Source of the DNA: Epiperipatus broadwayi
Lineage: Eukaryota; Animalia; Onychophora
Direction: 5' to 3'
Assembly (NCBI GenBank): GCA_028023455.1
Contig: JAQFVV010000002.1
Coordinates: forward strand, 21,886,001 to 21,950,000
DNA: 64,000 bases
The notes under the pieces: model-generated
What the model saw: the letters and a program-made list of their open reading frames with translations, nothing else
The model's database searches: none
What the model was told of the DNA's origin: nothing
Program-made: the position numbers and the translations under genes
Shown here: positions 38,501-50,798 of the stretch, one piece after another
Position numbering within the stretch: the stretch's first letter is position 1
Layout of the letters: each line of letters begins with the position of its first letter

Positions 38501-40229
38501 TTCATCAGAATACTATTATTATTTTAATTAAAATACTTAAGAATGTTATTTAAATATTATGAACAAGGAAGTGCAAACTTTAAAATAGAATATAAGCACA
38601 ATCACACACCTTCTACATTTTTAAAGTAAAAAGTAGCAACTTTTTAATAGTAAATTTTTTTGTTTATCCCTTAAATTCAATAGCTTTATATTAATTTAAT
38701 CTTTATGATATTAGCATAAACAAATAAACTTTTACTAATAAAGAATTTAGACCAAAATGCTTTATTATAAGCAGGTAAATGAAATTTTAATATCTAATAT
38801 TAAAGATTTAGACTTAAGTATTATTACAGTTTAATTTAAACACTAAATTTTAAGACATAGAAACTATATGAAAGTAATTATAGCCTTTAATAGCTTTTAA
38901 CAATACTTTATTATTAGACAGGGAAATATATTTTTATTTAAACAATTGAAAATTTAATTCCAACTACAAATAAGTTCAAATCAATATATAATAAAGATAT
39001 TAAATTGATTTTTAATAATAAATATAGGTGCTTAGAGTAAGTTATAAATTAAATTGGCATTTAATTTAAGCCCTAATAAAATTAACTGGCAATAAAATTA
39101 AGTTCTTAAAAATTTCCTTTTTTTTACACTTAGATAAATTAAATAACTGGGTGTTTTGCTTGTTGGGAATATTAAAATTCACTATCAGTAATAAATCATA
39201 TATAATGTCATTTTAACACATTTGGTGTTGATATTTTCAACATTTATTTACAATATGCACATGCACTTATGATAAAAAAATTTAATATTAATAAAATTAA
39301 TAAAAATTTTAATATATTATAATTAGCAATTTTATAATTAATAAAATTAATACTGTATCTTTTTTTAAAAATATTTTTTTTAGTAAGATGAATTTTTTTT
39401 CCTTTTTTTTAATGGACATAAAGAATTAATAGCTAAAAGCTAAGTAATTTTATCTTTTTTTATAGAGAAAAAAGAACATGTACTATAAAATCCTTCATTC
39501 ATTTTGTAATAAAAATTATTAATAAACTGGAAAAGATAAGTGATAGTAATTGACAAAATTTAGTTATTTTACTGGAAAAGATTATATCAACTGTTTGTTT
39601 ATGATAATTAAAAAATTCAGCAGTCCAAATGTACTATCAAGTAAAAAATTAAAATTTAGATTTTTTTTTTAATTTATTAACTTTTTTGAAAGTGCAATTA
39701 AATGACATTGTACATATGTGGGAACAACTATAATGAAAACAAACTATATACAGTGAAGGTAAAATATTTAGTGTTAAATGTTGTCAATAAACATTTAAAA
39801 AAACATCAAATTATCTAAAGTACCAAAAGAAAGATTTAATGTAGGAATTAAATTTTTATCTGAATAATGTCTTTAACCATATACCATTCCTGTCATGTCC
39901 AGTATTTTAATTGCAACAAGTAGATTGACAAGGCATAGTATAAAAATATTTTAAAATGTAAATCCAAACACTTTTATATTACAATTATCTACTATAAATT
40001 ATATATATATATATAATTAAACAATATTTAATATGCAATGGTGATGCACCATTAAACAAATCTTTAGTCCAGTCAGTGTTAAATTACATTATAAACTAGG
40101 TTTGACAATTTAATTCTGGGAATAGTCATGTGGTATTACTCATGATCTAATTGTATTGAAATCACATGAGTATTGAACATTTATTTTTGAACATGTTTAA
40201 GCTAATAGAGCTAGGTGTTAGCTATTGAG

Positions 40230-40634
40230 AAGATAATAAATATGCTTGCATATGCTTTGACATAAAACTGGGTCACAGTGCAATCATTATGAGAGACTTT
40301 TTGACCAAAAAAATCAATTACACAACTAGATCATCTTACCTATTCACCTGATTTAGCTCCCTGTGATTTTTGGTTATTTCCAAAATTAAAACCTGTGCTG
40401 AATGGATGAAGATTTTCTATTGTAACTGATATTCAAAAGAATGTGAAGCAGCTTCTCAACACTATTTCTAAAAATGAGTTTCAGGTGTGCTTGCAGAAAT
40501 GAAAATGCTGTTTTAATCAGTGTATATGTGTGCAAGGGGACTACTTTGAAGGTGAGAGTGGCCACTATTGTACACTTCTACATGTATATTTCATGAAGGG
40601 GTATTCTGGGAATTACATTGTCACATCTCATGCA
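40230..40634 (+). mobile_element. Mariner transposase C-terminal remnant with right TIR-like end
   Basis: YSPDLAPCDFWLFPKLK (40341-40391) ... QGDYFEG (~40535-40553), diagnostic of mariner. Confidence 0.85.
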
Positions 40635-42185
40635 GGCTAAAACAGCATTTTTTATAAATAGCCCACATGGCAATGATTTCACCAAAATTCTCTTATATAG
40701 AAAAAATGAATTATTCATCTGATTTTCCAATTGCTGAGTGATAAAGATTTGAACATGTTTCAGTCATGGTTTTATGTTTTAGCTAAGGTAGCTAGATATT
40801 CATTATCAGCAAAAGTTGGATAACTAGTTGGGTTGCTCTCTAGATATAAATCAAATGTATTGCTAAACTTGTAATAATTTTGTTACGCCTTAACAAAGTT
40901 TACATCAAATATCAAATCTACAAAAGAAAACTCATAAAATTGCCAAAATGCTAAAATAAATAAATGATTAGACCTTCCAATATAATTGTTTATGGCTCTC
41001 AACATTATTTCTCAGCTACCTGTACATCCCAATGATATTATCCCAGTGTAAAATATAAAAATTCTTTCCATATAAATACTAAACTTAAGACTGGTTAGAT
41101 TTCAAAGCACAAAATAATTATGATGTGATCCTAAATGCTTAATATTTAAGAACTTCATGGGATAATTATTTTGTACTTTAAAATCTAATCCCGTCTTACA
41201 TTTGACATTTATATTGTTAAGGTTTTAGCATATTATATTATGATATTGCCAGTAGATTTTCATTCAGATATAAAATGTCATTGTAAATCAAACAATTGTC
41301 TTGGAAGAGATGATTTGTTGATTATTTTAATGTGATGTCAAAATTGGTAATAACTTGTTACTGATGAATTGATTGACTGATTTAATTTAAACTTTGTTAA
41401 GAAGTAAAATAATATATATTATTAGCACTTTACTAATATGGACATTTGATTTATGATATAGTGGATTATTAATTAATATTTATTAATGTTTAATGTGATA
41501 ATTTGTAGTTGTTTTATTCTGTTTTTAGCTAGTTTATTATAGAAGATCACATCATAATTTTGGTATTTATACGGTAAAATTCTTTATACATTGCATTGAA
41601 ATATTATGGGTTCTTCAATCTTATATGCAAAGTTATAAACCATGAAACAATGCTTATGCAATAGGTGTTTGCTCTTACTTTAATGTGATATCAAAATTGG
41701 GAAGAGTTTGTTAGTGATGAATTGATTGGCTGATTTGATATGAACTTTGTTAAATTTAATTAATTTATGTATAAATGCAAATATGATCTTCAAGGGCTTT
41801 GCATTTGCATAATAACACTTAGAAAGTTTATTAATTCAGTGATATATATATATAAGATTGTATATGTTTAGATTTTGTTAACAGAAGTATGTTAAATACA
41901 TATAAAAAAAATTTTTTTTTTTAAGAAATTTTTTTATCTGCATTAACAAAAAGTATGTACAACAGAATGTTTTTTTTTTTTATAAATGCAAATTAAAAAA
42001 TAATACCAGTAAAATTTTTCAAAATTAGTAACTATCTAAGTCTAGTGTTAAAATCAGTGTGAATATTTTAACAAAGTGTTAAAGTTAAAATTTATACAGT
42101 CTATATTTCGAAAAAAACATTTCAACATTAGTAAGATGGCACTACTATATGGAGAGTTTTGCTGTATTTTGAATTGTTTAATTAG

Positions 42186-42314
42186 TAATATTTATTAAAG
42201 CTAAAACCTTAAGACTATGCACCTGAAAAAGTGACAGTGTTAGAGATTTGCAGAGGTCCCTACTGTCGTTTTTTCAGGTGCATAGTCTTAAGGTTTTAGC
42301 CTTAATAAATATTA
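42186..42314. repeat. Palindrome / fold-back element (~52-bp arms)
   Basis: TAATATTTATTAAAGCTAAAACCTTAAGACTATGCACCTGAAAAA is mirrored at 42270-42314. Confidence 0.88.
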
Positions 42315-43102
42315 CTTTAAGTAACGAGTATGCACTTTATAAATATAATTATTTCAACATTAGATATTTATAATCTTTCAGAAATTGGCTTATTCTAACC
42401 TAGAATAAGTATGCTTTTTATTATTAAAAACAAACATATCTTATGAAATATCATTTAGAATATGAATAATAATATTTCATTATGAGATTTAAATGGATTA
42501 ATCAGGTAATTCCTTAAGTCCATGTTAAAACTGCTAAAGATCCCTGTTTCATTTCATTGAAAACTAAGCATTTTAAAAACATATGTAACTTAATTTTTTC
42601 TTGTATCGACATAAGTCACTGATTGACTTAGGTTTCAGATTAATTTTGTTAATGAAGCACAATTTTGTAAGCATAAACCTAAAAGATAGTCTGAAAATAA
42701 AGTTTAGATGAAATTATGATAGTACAGGTACAATTTTATTAAGTTAACACCTGTAAATTTCTCCCACTTCAGTTATTTTTCTGGATTAAGAATAATTTCC
42801 CATTACAATTTTTACCTTCCCTTCATTATTAATCCATATTTTAAGCACTCATACGTTGCTGAACTTTAACAAATATTAAAAAATAATATTTATTAATTTT
42901 AATAAAATATTTAATTCATGGTGAAATTTAAGTTTATATTATGTAAGCAGGTGTAGATAATTAATAATTAATATAGTGCAAAAAAAATGTCTAATGCTTT
43001 CAATGCAGGGAATCTTTATTACAGGTAGACTAAAATTTATTGTAACTAATCATATATATATATAAATAATAAGTGAAATAATGCTTAAAGCTAACTGGGA
43101 TA

Positions 43103-43315
43103 ATATGTAAACATTAGAAACCAGTAACCACCTAAACATACCAATATAGATAGTAATCAATATTTCTCACTGTTGTCAAGGCAACCTCTCATCTTTTTAA
43201 TAATAAGAGTGGAAATCCACTTAGAGGTGAGAAGTTGCCTTGACAACAGTGAGAAATATTGATTACTATCTATATTGGTATGCTTAGGTGGTTACTGGTT
43301 TCTGATGTTTATATA
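43103..43315. repeat. Near-perfect palindrome (~90-bp arms)
   Basis: AAACATTAGAAACCAGTAACCACC...CAAGGCAAC versus GTTGCCTTG...GGTGGTTACTGGTTTCTGATGTTT. Confidence 0.9.
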
Positions 43316-43839
43316 TATAATGTCAATCATTCACTCCTTAAATGTTACATTTTTTTCAGTAATGCTACCTAGTAACAAAGATAAATTTTAAATTTCAAAC
43401 AGTAAGATCAAGAAATAGCGGTGCTGAAAAACAATGTGTTGGGGAGAGGAGTGATTAACATTTTATATTTGAATTTTCAGCTAGCAATATGCACTGGGTC
43501 TATTTCTTAAATATACTGTAACTATCAATATTGTTAGAGAATTTAAATGTATGACTAGCTTATTCTGTTTTCAAAATCTATGAGTAACTATCAAAATGTT
43601 ACTAAGCATTGGAAAGTAAAATTTACTAATATTGATATTTTCTTTAGAAAATATTTAAAGAAAAGTTCTATTAATTTTGAAGAAACTTGGTTAAAAACAA
43701 ATTATCTAATACACGGGTGTAGATACAATAATTATTTCCTTTATATTGTAAAATGAGTAATTGAATTGTTAGTATTCCATTTCAAAAAATATTTAAATTC
43801 CATTTGTCGCTGCATTTGAAGTTTATAAAGATGTTTTTT

Positions 43840-43919
43840 TTTCTCATGTGTCATAGCATCAGCAGGGAAGCGAACCCGCTAACCTGTCGCTGATCTCTCG
43901 ACCACCGAGGCTTGACTGA
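43840..43919 (-). mobile_element. tRNA-derived short SINE with internal deletion, 14-bp TSD
   Basis: TTATAAAGATGTTT on both sides; same 3' half as 16852-16951. Confidence 0.78.
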
Positions 43920-45705
43920 TTATAAAGATGTTTCAGATGTTTTAATTATTCATTTGCACAATCTTGAGAAAAGCATTTACCACACAGGCAAATAATTGTT
44001 AAAGCCTACTCCTTTATGCTAAAATAACAAGAACCAATGTGGGTAAATTTAAATATTGTTTTTGTGCACTTTAATCAGCATATGACTAGCAATGAAAGAG
44101 AGAGAGAGAGAGAGATTTCACTCACGTATGCATATTTATAGATTTTTACTATGTAACTGATTTCATCAATATCTTTACTCAAATTTCCAACTCTTAGCAT
44201 TTTATATGAAAAATTTCTACAGTTACTATAGCGACATATTCTTGAAGATGACAATAGTTTTTGAAAAAAAATATACTGCTAAATACAATAAAAATATTTT
44301 AAAATTACAAGTAATATTTTAAAATAAAACATTATATACTTCAGTAAAATTAAATATGCAGATTATAATATTAAACTAAATATTTAAGTTATAAGTATTA
44401 AAGTAAATCATTTTACTTTATTACCGTTCTCTGAATAATTGATATTTTATTTTAGATCTATAATAACTTTACCTAAATCTTTTAGAATCGTATCCCTTTA
44501 AATTGGCAATATATCAGAGAAACATAAACATTCATGCACACACATACATATTCAAATATTATATTAAAAGTTTGTCATTATTGTAAATCAATTTACCATT
44601 ATGCATACACTAACATAATTATTACTTTATTAATCTTATTTTAATTAATTTATTCATATATTTACAATATTCGTATTTTATCAGTGTATTGGCCCTTTTA
44701 AAAGTTTTTTTTTTGTTTCAAAAATAATTTTATTGATTTAAAAACAGTGTATTATAATAGGAATGAAAATAAAAACAATATAAAGAATTTGACATATTTA
44801 CAATTTATTAGACTTAGAAAAAAACCCCACTGCATATTATCAAACATACAAAATTGTAATGAATATACCAGACAATAAAAAAAATTGTGAAATTATAGTT
44901 AGAATATTTCACCATAGGTTATAGCACAGATGAATAAGTGACCATGTAGCCACAAATGTATTTGGAACAGTCATTTTTTTGTGTCTCTGTTTAATTGTGT
45001 CTAGTTTGTTTTTAAATGTGTTCATGTGTGTTCTAGTATCACAGTTGTAAAGAAATAAGCATCTTATGCACTACAGATGATAAAGCAGAAATGTTGTTTC
45101 TTATTTCTGCAAAACAAGCTTTTGGAAAAGAATTTTGCACATGTGTACTTTTTAAAATTAAATAGAAAATCACAATTTTTAAAAAAAATGCTATAAAAAA
45201 TCATAAAAGCTAAAAATATGAGATGTTATCTTGGATTTGTAAAATTTTGCTTCATAACATATACAAAACATATAATAATGCTATATTTATATGAGCCAAT
45301 AAAAATTTTGATGTTATGTTATTATTATTTTAGTGATATCAAATATCCATCACAATATATATGAAATAAAATATTCATTATGGAATAAATATCATAATAA
45401 AAAATAATAAATCATAATATATTTATAAAAAACATTATAATGCACAGAAGTACTTTCAATTAATCACTTAACCTTCTTCAACTGACATTTAAATTCAAAT
45501 ATAGCAGAAATAAATAATGAAAATAAATGTCATCAAGTCATATATCTGAACTTAGTTCAGTCCCATATGACTATTTAAGTTAGATAGCTGAATTGTAAGA
45601 CGTATGGATGTCTGAAAATTTCAGATTTTCTATTTAATAATTATCCATTAGATAAAGTGCTGGACTTGTCCTGGTATTTTTAATCTAATGCTTGAATATC
45701 CTAGA

Positions 45706-45744
45706 TCTCACTGAGGAAGCCAGTAGCAGAAAACGGTCTGGGGA
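45706..45744 (+). ncRNA. Minimal type I HHR, family C
   Basis: UCUCA CUGAGGA A-GC-CAGUA-GC-A GAAA ACGG UC^UGGGGA, within a B-related segment at 45545-45845. Confidence 0.62.
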
Positions 45745-46347
45745 TAAGGATATTCTGCAAAGCTTGTTAAGAGCTTATTTGTGAGCTCTTTATATAACAT
45801 TTGTAATACAAGCTTGTTTAAATTAGGTCATGTGACATCTGACTTGATTTCTTTGTGATTCCCAAATTTTAAAGTTACTATATTGTTAATTAATTATAGA
45901 CATTCTATTTATATCCGTAATTTTTCTTTTATTATAATTTATCTCCTCATGAAGAATCTTGTCATTTTCAAGATCAAAATTAAAAGTAAACTTAAATGTT
46001 TTTTCATGATCCAAAAAACAAAAACAAACAGAAGTTGTTACTAAATCATTATTACTCTTATTTAAATAAAAGCAATAAAGATTTTGTAACAGCTTTTGTT
46101 TTCTTTGACCATGAAAAAACATTAATTTTGATCTTGAACATGTTAAGATTTTTCATCATAATAGAAACCATAACAAAAGTAACATTAGGAAGATAATTTA
46201 CATAAATAGAAATGGAATGTCTATAATTAATTGACAATCTACTACTGTTAAAATTCAGGAATCTTGGGATATGACTTGATGACATTTACTTCCCTATATA
46301 TTAACACATTTGTTAGAGAAGTTTAATTTTGTTTAGAAGTTTGTATA

Positions 46348-46390
46348 CACTAAGCGCTTTCGAAGTTCTTAGACTTCATATTCATAGCTG
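46348..46390 (-). ncRNA. Variant type I HHR, family E (A3-U8 core), best-preserved copy
   Basis: CAGCU AUGAAUA U GAAG-UCUAAGAA-CUUC GAAA GCGC UU^AGUG; G-C closes stem II; palindromic stem III AGCGCU. Confidence 0.68.
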
Positions 46391-46862
46391 AGTGGCAGTT
46401 GAAGAAGGTTAAATGAATAACTGAAAGTATTTCAGAGGATTGTAATATTTTTAATAAATATATTATCACCATTATATTCATCATATATATATATATATAT
46501 TTTAGACATTAAAATATGAGTTCTTGTTAAGAAGAATATTTTTAGCTCTTACATTAATGGCTTGTTTTACATTAATTTTTGCAAAGTCTCTTTTATTTTA
46601 TATTTTAAAATTATTTTCTCCAAACAAATAATTTTGATATCAACAGGTTCAAATAAACATCCAAACAAATGTTCAACCTCCATCTTATGCTGTGTTATTC
46701 TAGTCATTAAATTTGCTTTCATCTCATCGTAATATCTTGCCTAACAAACCTGGAAGTTCAAAACATAAACCAATTATATCTTATTTAACTGTTAAGTAAA
46801 TCTATTTAAAGTTAAAGATCATTGAAAACCTATCTTAAATTTTTTATTCATATGAGAAATTA

Positions 46863-47264
46863 TTTTTTGATGTAAATTAGCAATATGGAGTGCATCAGCC
46901 CATAGTTTTTTAGTAGACTCTATATTTATTTGCATATCAAGCATGAATTTAGAATATCCATCTCTAGTCATATCACATATAATTCTCTCTATTATTATTT
47001 TATCTGTTTTAAATGTTCAAAGTTTTAAAATTTCTAAATAAAATTACTTTCAAATTTGCAATTTTTTGATGTAAATTAGCAATATGGAGTGTATCAGCCC
47101 ATAGTTTTTTAATAGACTTTATATTTATTTGATTATCAAGCATGAATTTAGAATATCCATCTCTAGTTATATCACTTATAATTCCCTCTATTATCATTTT
47201 ATCTGTTTTAAATGTTCAAAGTTTTAAAATTTCTAAATAAAATTACTTTCAAATTTGCAATTTT
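46863..47264. repeat. Direct tandem duplication, ~199-bp unit x2
   Basis: TTTTTTGATGTAAATTAGCAATATGGAGTG at 46863 and 47062. Confidence 0.9.
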
Positions 47265-47433
47265 ATAGAGCAACAGAAAGTTTAGTAATGGGGAGGGGGG
47301 TAGATAATCCTACTTACAGACTTTGTGCACATAAAATCCCTGGAATTAACTAGAGGAAAGAAGGTGAAGATATTAATAAATCTATTACATTTTTAGATTT
47401 AAAATTATAAAGATAGTCGGTGCTACTGATATA

Positions 47434-47719
47434 TATATATATTGCTTACAATAAATCCCCTCATATACATTTTAATGTAAAAATTTTAATATAATTTTTT
47501 TATTTTCCTGACAGTTTTGATTGTCCTGCAGTCTTCATCAGAGCTACAATGATTGAATGATATAAACATATAACCATTACTTCATATACATATAAAATAT
47601 ACATACATACATATCCTCAAAACATACAGGAAAATAAAACTGTCAGGAAAATAAAGAAATTATATTAAAATTTTTGCATTAAAGTGTATTTGAGGTGAAT
47701 TATTGTAAGCAATATATAT
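47434..47719. repeat. Inverted repeat (~85-bp arms, ~110-bp spacer) carrying a family D HHR remnant
   Basis: TATATTGCTTACAATAA...TTTTCCTGACAGTTTT versus AAAACTGTCAGGAAAA...TTATTGTAAGCAATATA. Confidence 0.8.
47507..47545 (-). ncRNA. Decayed type I HHR, family D
   Basis: AGCU CUGAUGA A GACU-GCAGGAC-AAUC AAAA CUGUC^AGG; homologous to 63470-63510. Confidence 0.5.
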
Positions 47720-47844
47720 GAAGAAATGCAAAGAAAGTAAAGGAGAAGAATAAGAATATGCTATTGATTTACAAAATAAGAAATAAAAAAATTAAACATA
47801 AACATAAAAATGATTTTACATCTATTTAAAAATCATGGATTGAT

Positions 47845-48090
47845 ATGCTATATGGTAGGTAATTTACATCTGAGAACTTACTATATATATGTTTAGAAAT
47901 GATAATCTGGACTAACTGACGAGTGCTGGTTTAGCACAAAATATGTATATTGGTGATTATTTACCTTTTAGACATATATGTGGTCAAGTGTATCAGTCGT
48001 ATAAGATAGTGTGGAGAGGTGAGGATCATGTGAAAGTCTGAGTTCAAAATACCCTATATATTACATTGTTTGTACAGGTATATATATATA
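47845..48090 (+). mobile_element. Family A fragment with HHR at 47911-47954 (CUGACGA G-UGCU/AGCA-C AAAA)
   Basis: Aligns to family A. This copy has the canonical G-C base of stem II but G12->A. Confidence 0.75.
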
Positions 48091-48469
48091 GTCTGTATGT
48101 TAGATATTAAATAGAAAAATAGTTTACAATAAAGAGTTTAATATAAGTGTTTGACGTTCTTTATTTTTAATGAGGCTTATTAACAATTGGAAAGATAATC
48201 TTAAATTGGTTTATTCCCTGAAGTGTCATGTTTGTTCAGATAAATATTATGGGAAGACAGTCCAGAACAAATCTTATATAATAGAATTAAAAATAATAGC
48301 ACATGTACTTTTAAATTTTTTGAGCATGAGAAAGAGACTGATAATTTGTTTGAAAGTGCTGATGATACGTAATTATTATGGAAAAAAATAAATAAAAAAC
48401 TTTAAAGAAGCAAGTCAGAAAATTAATGCAAAACATGCCATTAATATCTATTAGCAGAATGGCATAGGA

Positions 48470-49430
48470 CTACACTCAATCAAAATCTTATTAATACAGT
48501 GTTTTTATAATGTACTTACCAGATTATTTATGAAAAATCCAGATATGGAAGGGCCAATATTCCCAGAAGAAATAACTCCTACTGATAGGCCACCCCCCAA
48601 AAGTGGAAGGCTTTGGATTCAAAAGCAAATCTCTATAGTATTTAACAATCTAAAAATGAAGCCAGGAACAATGTTTAATAACAAACTAAACTACTGGAAC
48701 ACATATGATCTTATGAATCCGGAAGAAACTAAAATTGACAATATTCTTTCGATTGGAATATCGAGGTTCTCCAGGTTGACCAAACGTCTAAAATTGGAAC
48801 TGAGGTTTGTTGATTTTTTAATCAAGGTTAACCTTGGGGCCTTGCCTACTGTTGACTTCCTACATAGTAAAAGTAATTATAATCTGGACCCTATATGTGC
48901 ACTATGTAGGCGTAGTGATGAGACAATAGCACATATATTGGAGGAGTGTCAAATTTGGGATAGCATAAGAAACACTTTTAAATCTTTCATTAAAAACAAA
49001 GAATCAGCTTGTGTAAATTTGACTAAGGCCTTCAAGAGTGGACATTTTGGGGTCATAAGATTGGCAACATTCATAAATTTTTCCATTTGGTCTTTGAAAA
49101 ATAAGACTATCTTCGAGAGTGGAGAAGAATATGACATGATGAAAATGTCTTTACAATTACTAAAAGAAATTAAAGAATTAGACCAAAAATTTTCTCAGAA
49201 TTGGACATTCAACCAGACCTGGACCCTAATAAATTTAAAACAAAATGTAGTACCAATGATGAAAAGAATATAAAGTCTTAATGTAATTGACCTGGAATTA
49301 ACTGTTTTTTTGTTTATATATATATACAAGTGTAACCTCTGATTGTGTTGACTGGTCTCCTTTGAGATCGATATGTAATTGTCCTTCCTTTTGTAAATGA
49401 TTCTTATGGTTTGTGAATAAAATTTCCTTT
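48470..49430 (+). mobile_element. 5'-truncated L1/Tx1-type LINE: C-terminal zinc-finger region and 3' UTR
   Basis: ORF 48530-49273 contains LPTVDFL..ICALCRRSDETIAHILEEC (C-x2-C-x8-H-x4-C knuckle); AATAAA at ~49416. Confidence 0.8.
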
Positions 49431-50045
49431 TGAAAGATAATATCTAATAGAATTCTTTTTAATAAAAATTGGTATTTTAATTTATAATGAATATATTATT
49501 AAGGTTTGCTATAACATTTTTAGTCTAACTTCGATAAAGGCGCTCTGCAAAAGTCTGGTTTAGCAATTTTAATTCTGTACTAATTATCCAAATACTCTCT
49601 TCGAATATAATATTAACTTTAATGTATATTGTATATGCTTACATTGTAACTATTTAATTATGTATTTAGAAATATTGATTAATTGATTCATTTTTTAAAA
49701 AAAAAAAATCTATTCTTAAAAACGATTGTGAACTTAGCTTTGCTAGCTAATTTAAAAATAAAACCACTTCATTCACTCCCATCTCTATTTAATTAACCTT
49801 AGCTGTGATTTATTTCTTACTAAGAAAAAAAGTTGTTTTTATTTACATGCACAAAGCTGATTTATAGATAAGTTTTTATCCCCTTTTGTTCAGTCTTTTT
49901 TTATATTTATTTTTAAAGTAACTGCGTTCTATATAATGTTAGTTTACATGTTGGAAAAGAGCAAGAAAATAATTAAATGATATCAATGTTATATTTACCA
50001 ACGTATGTTTGTACATATTTCATCAAATTTATATAATCATGTAAT

Positions 50046-50798
50046 TTCACACCACCCACAGCTCACCACTCTATCTCATATCATTTATACACTTGAACAC
50101 ATAAATGTTGAAAAGATAAATAATCACCAATATAAGTATTTCATGCTAAACCAGCAATCATCAATTGGTCCAGATTACCATCTCTACACATATATACAAT
50201 AAGTGCTCAGATATATATTAAAATAGCTAATCTTCATACTTTAATGGACAGGCTTCAATCCACTCCACACTTCAACTGTCCATCCAGTTGAAAATCTGAT
50301 GATGGAATGCTCAAAGGGCCACTCTGAGGCCAAGATTCTTGTCACACCCATGTTGACCTAAAGTCAAGCTGATCCATCATGTACAGGACATAATCCATTT
50401 AATACATATATACAAGGGATGGGCAGACATCTCGACTATGTAATAACTAAAATACAGGCTTATCATCATCAGATTTTCAATTGGATAAACAGTTGAAGAG
50501 TTGGAATGTACAGTGAATTGAAGCCTGTCCATTGAAGTATGAAGATTGGCTATCTTAATATATATCTGAGCACTTATTGCATGTATGTGTAGAGATGGTA
50601 ATCTGGACCAACTGATGATTGCTGGTTTGGCATGAAATACATATATTGGTGATTATTTATCTTTTCAACATATATATGTTCAAGTGTATAACTGATATGA
50701 GATAGAGTAGTGAGCTGTGGGTGGTGTGAAAGTCTGTGTTCAGATACCCTATATATTACATATATTGATACAGATATATAATAAGCCTGTATTTCAGT
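50046..50798. mobile_element. Family A head-to-head fold-back insertion with 14-bp TSD; HHRs at 50126-50169(-, C3->U) and 50607-50650(+)
   Basis: 50046-50460 and 50461-50798 are in opposite orientations; TATAATCATGTAAT at 50032-50045 and 50799-50812. Confidence 0.88.

Larger units (their letters stand above)
45400..46480. repeat. ~1.1-kb imperfect palindrome centred near 46055, with a family C insertion in the left arm and a family E HHR in the right arm
   Basis: Mirror blocks: 45440-45490/46395-46445, 45526-45540/46272-46290, 45885-45925/46185-46230, 45955-46050/46060-46150. Confidence 0.7.
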
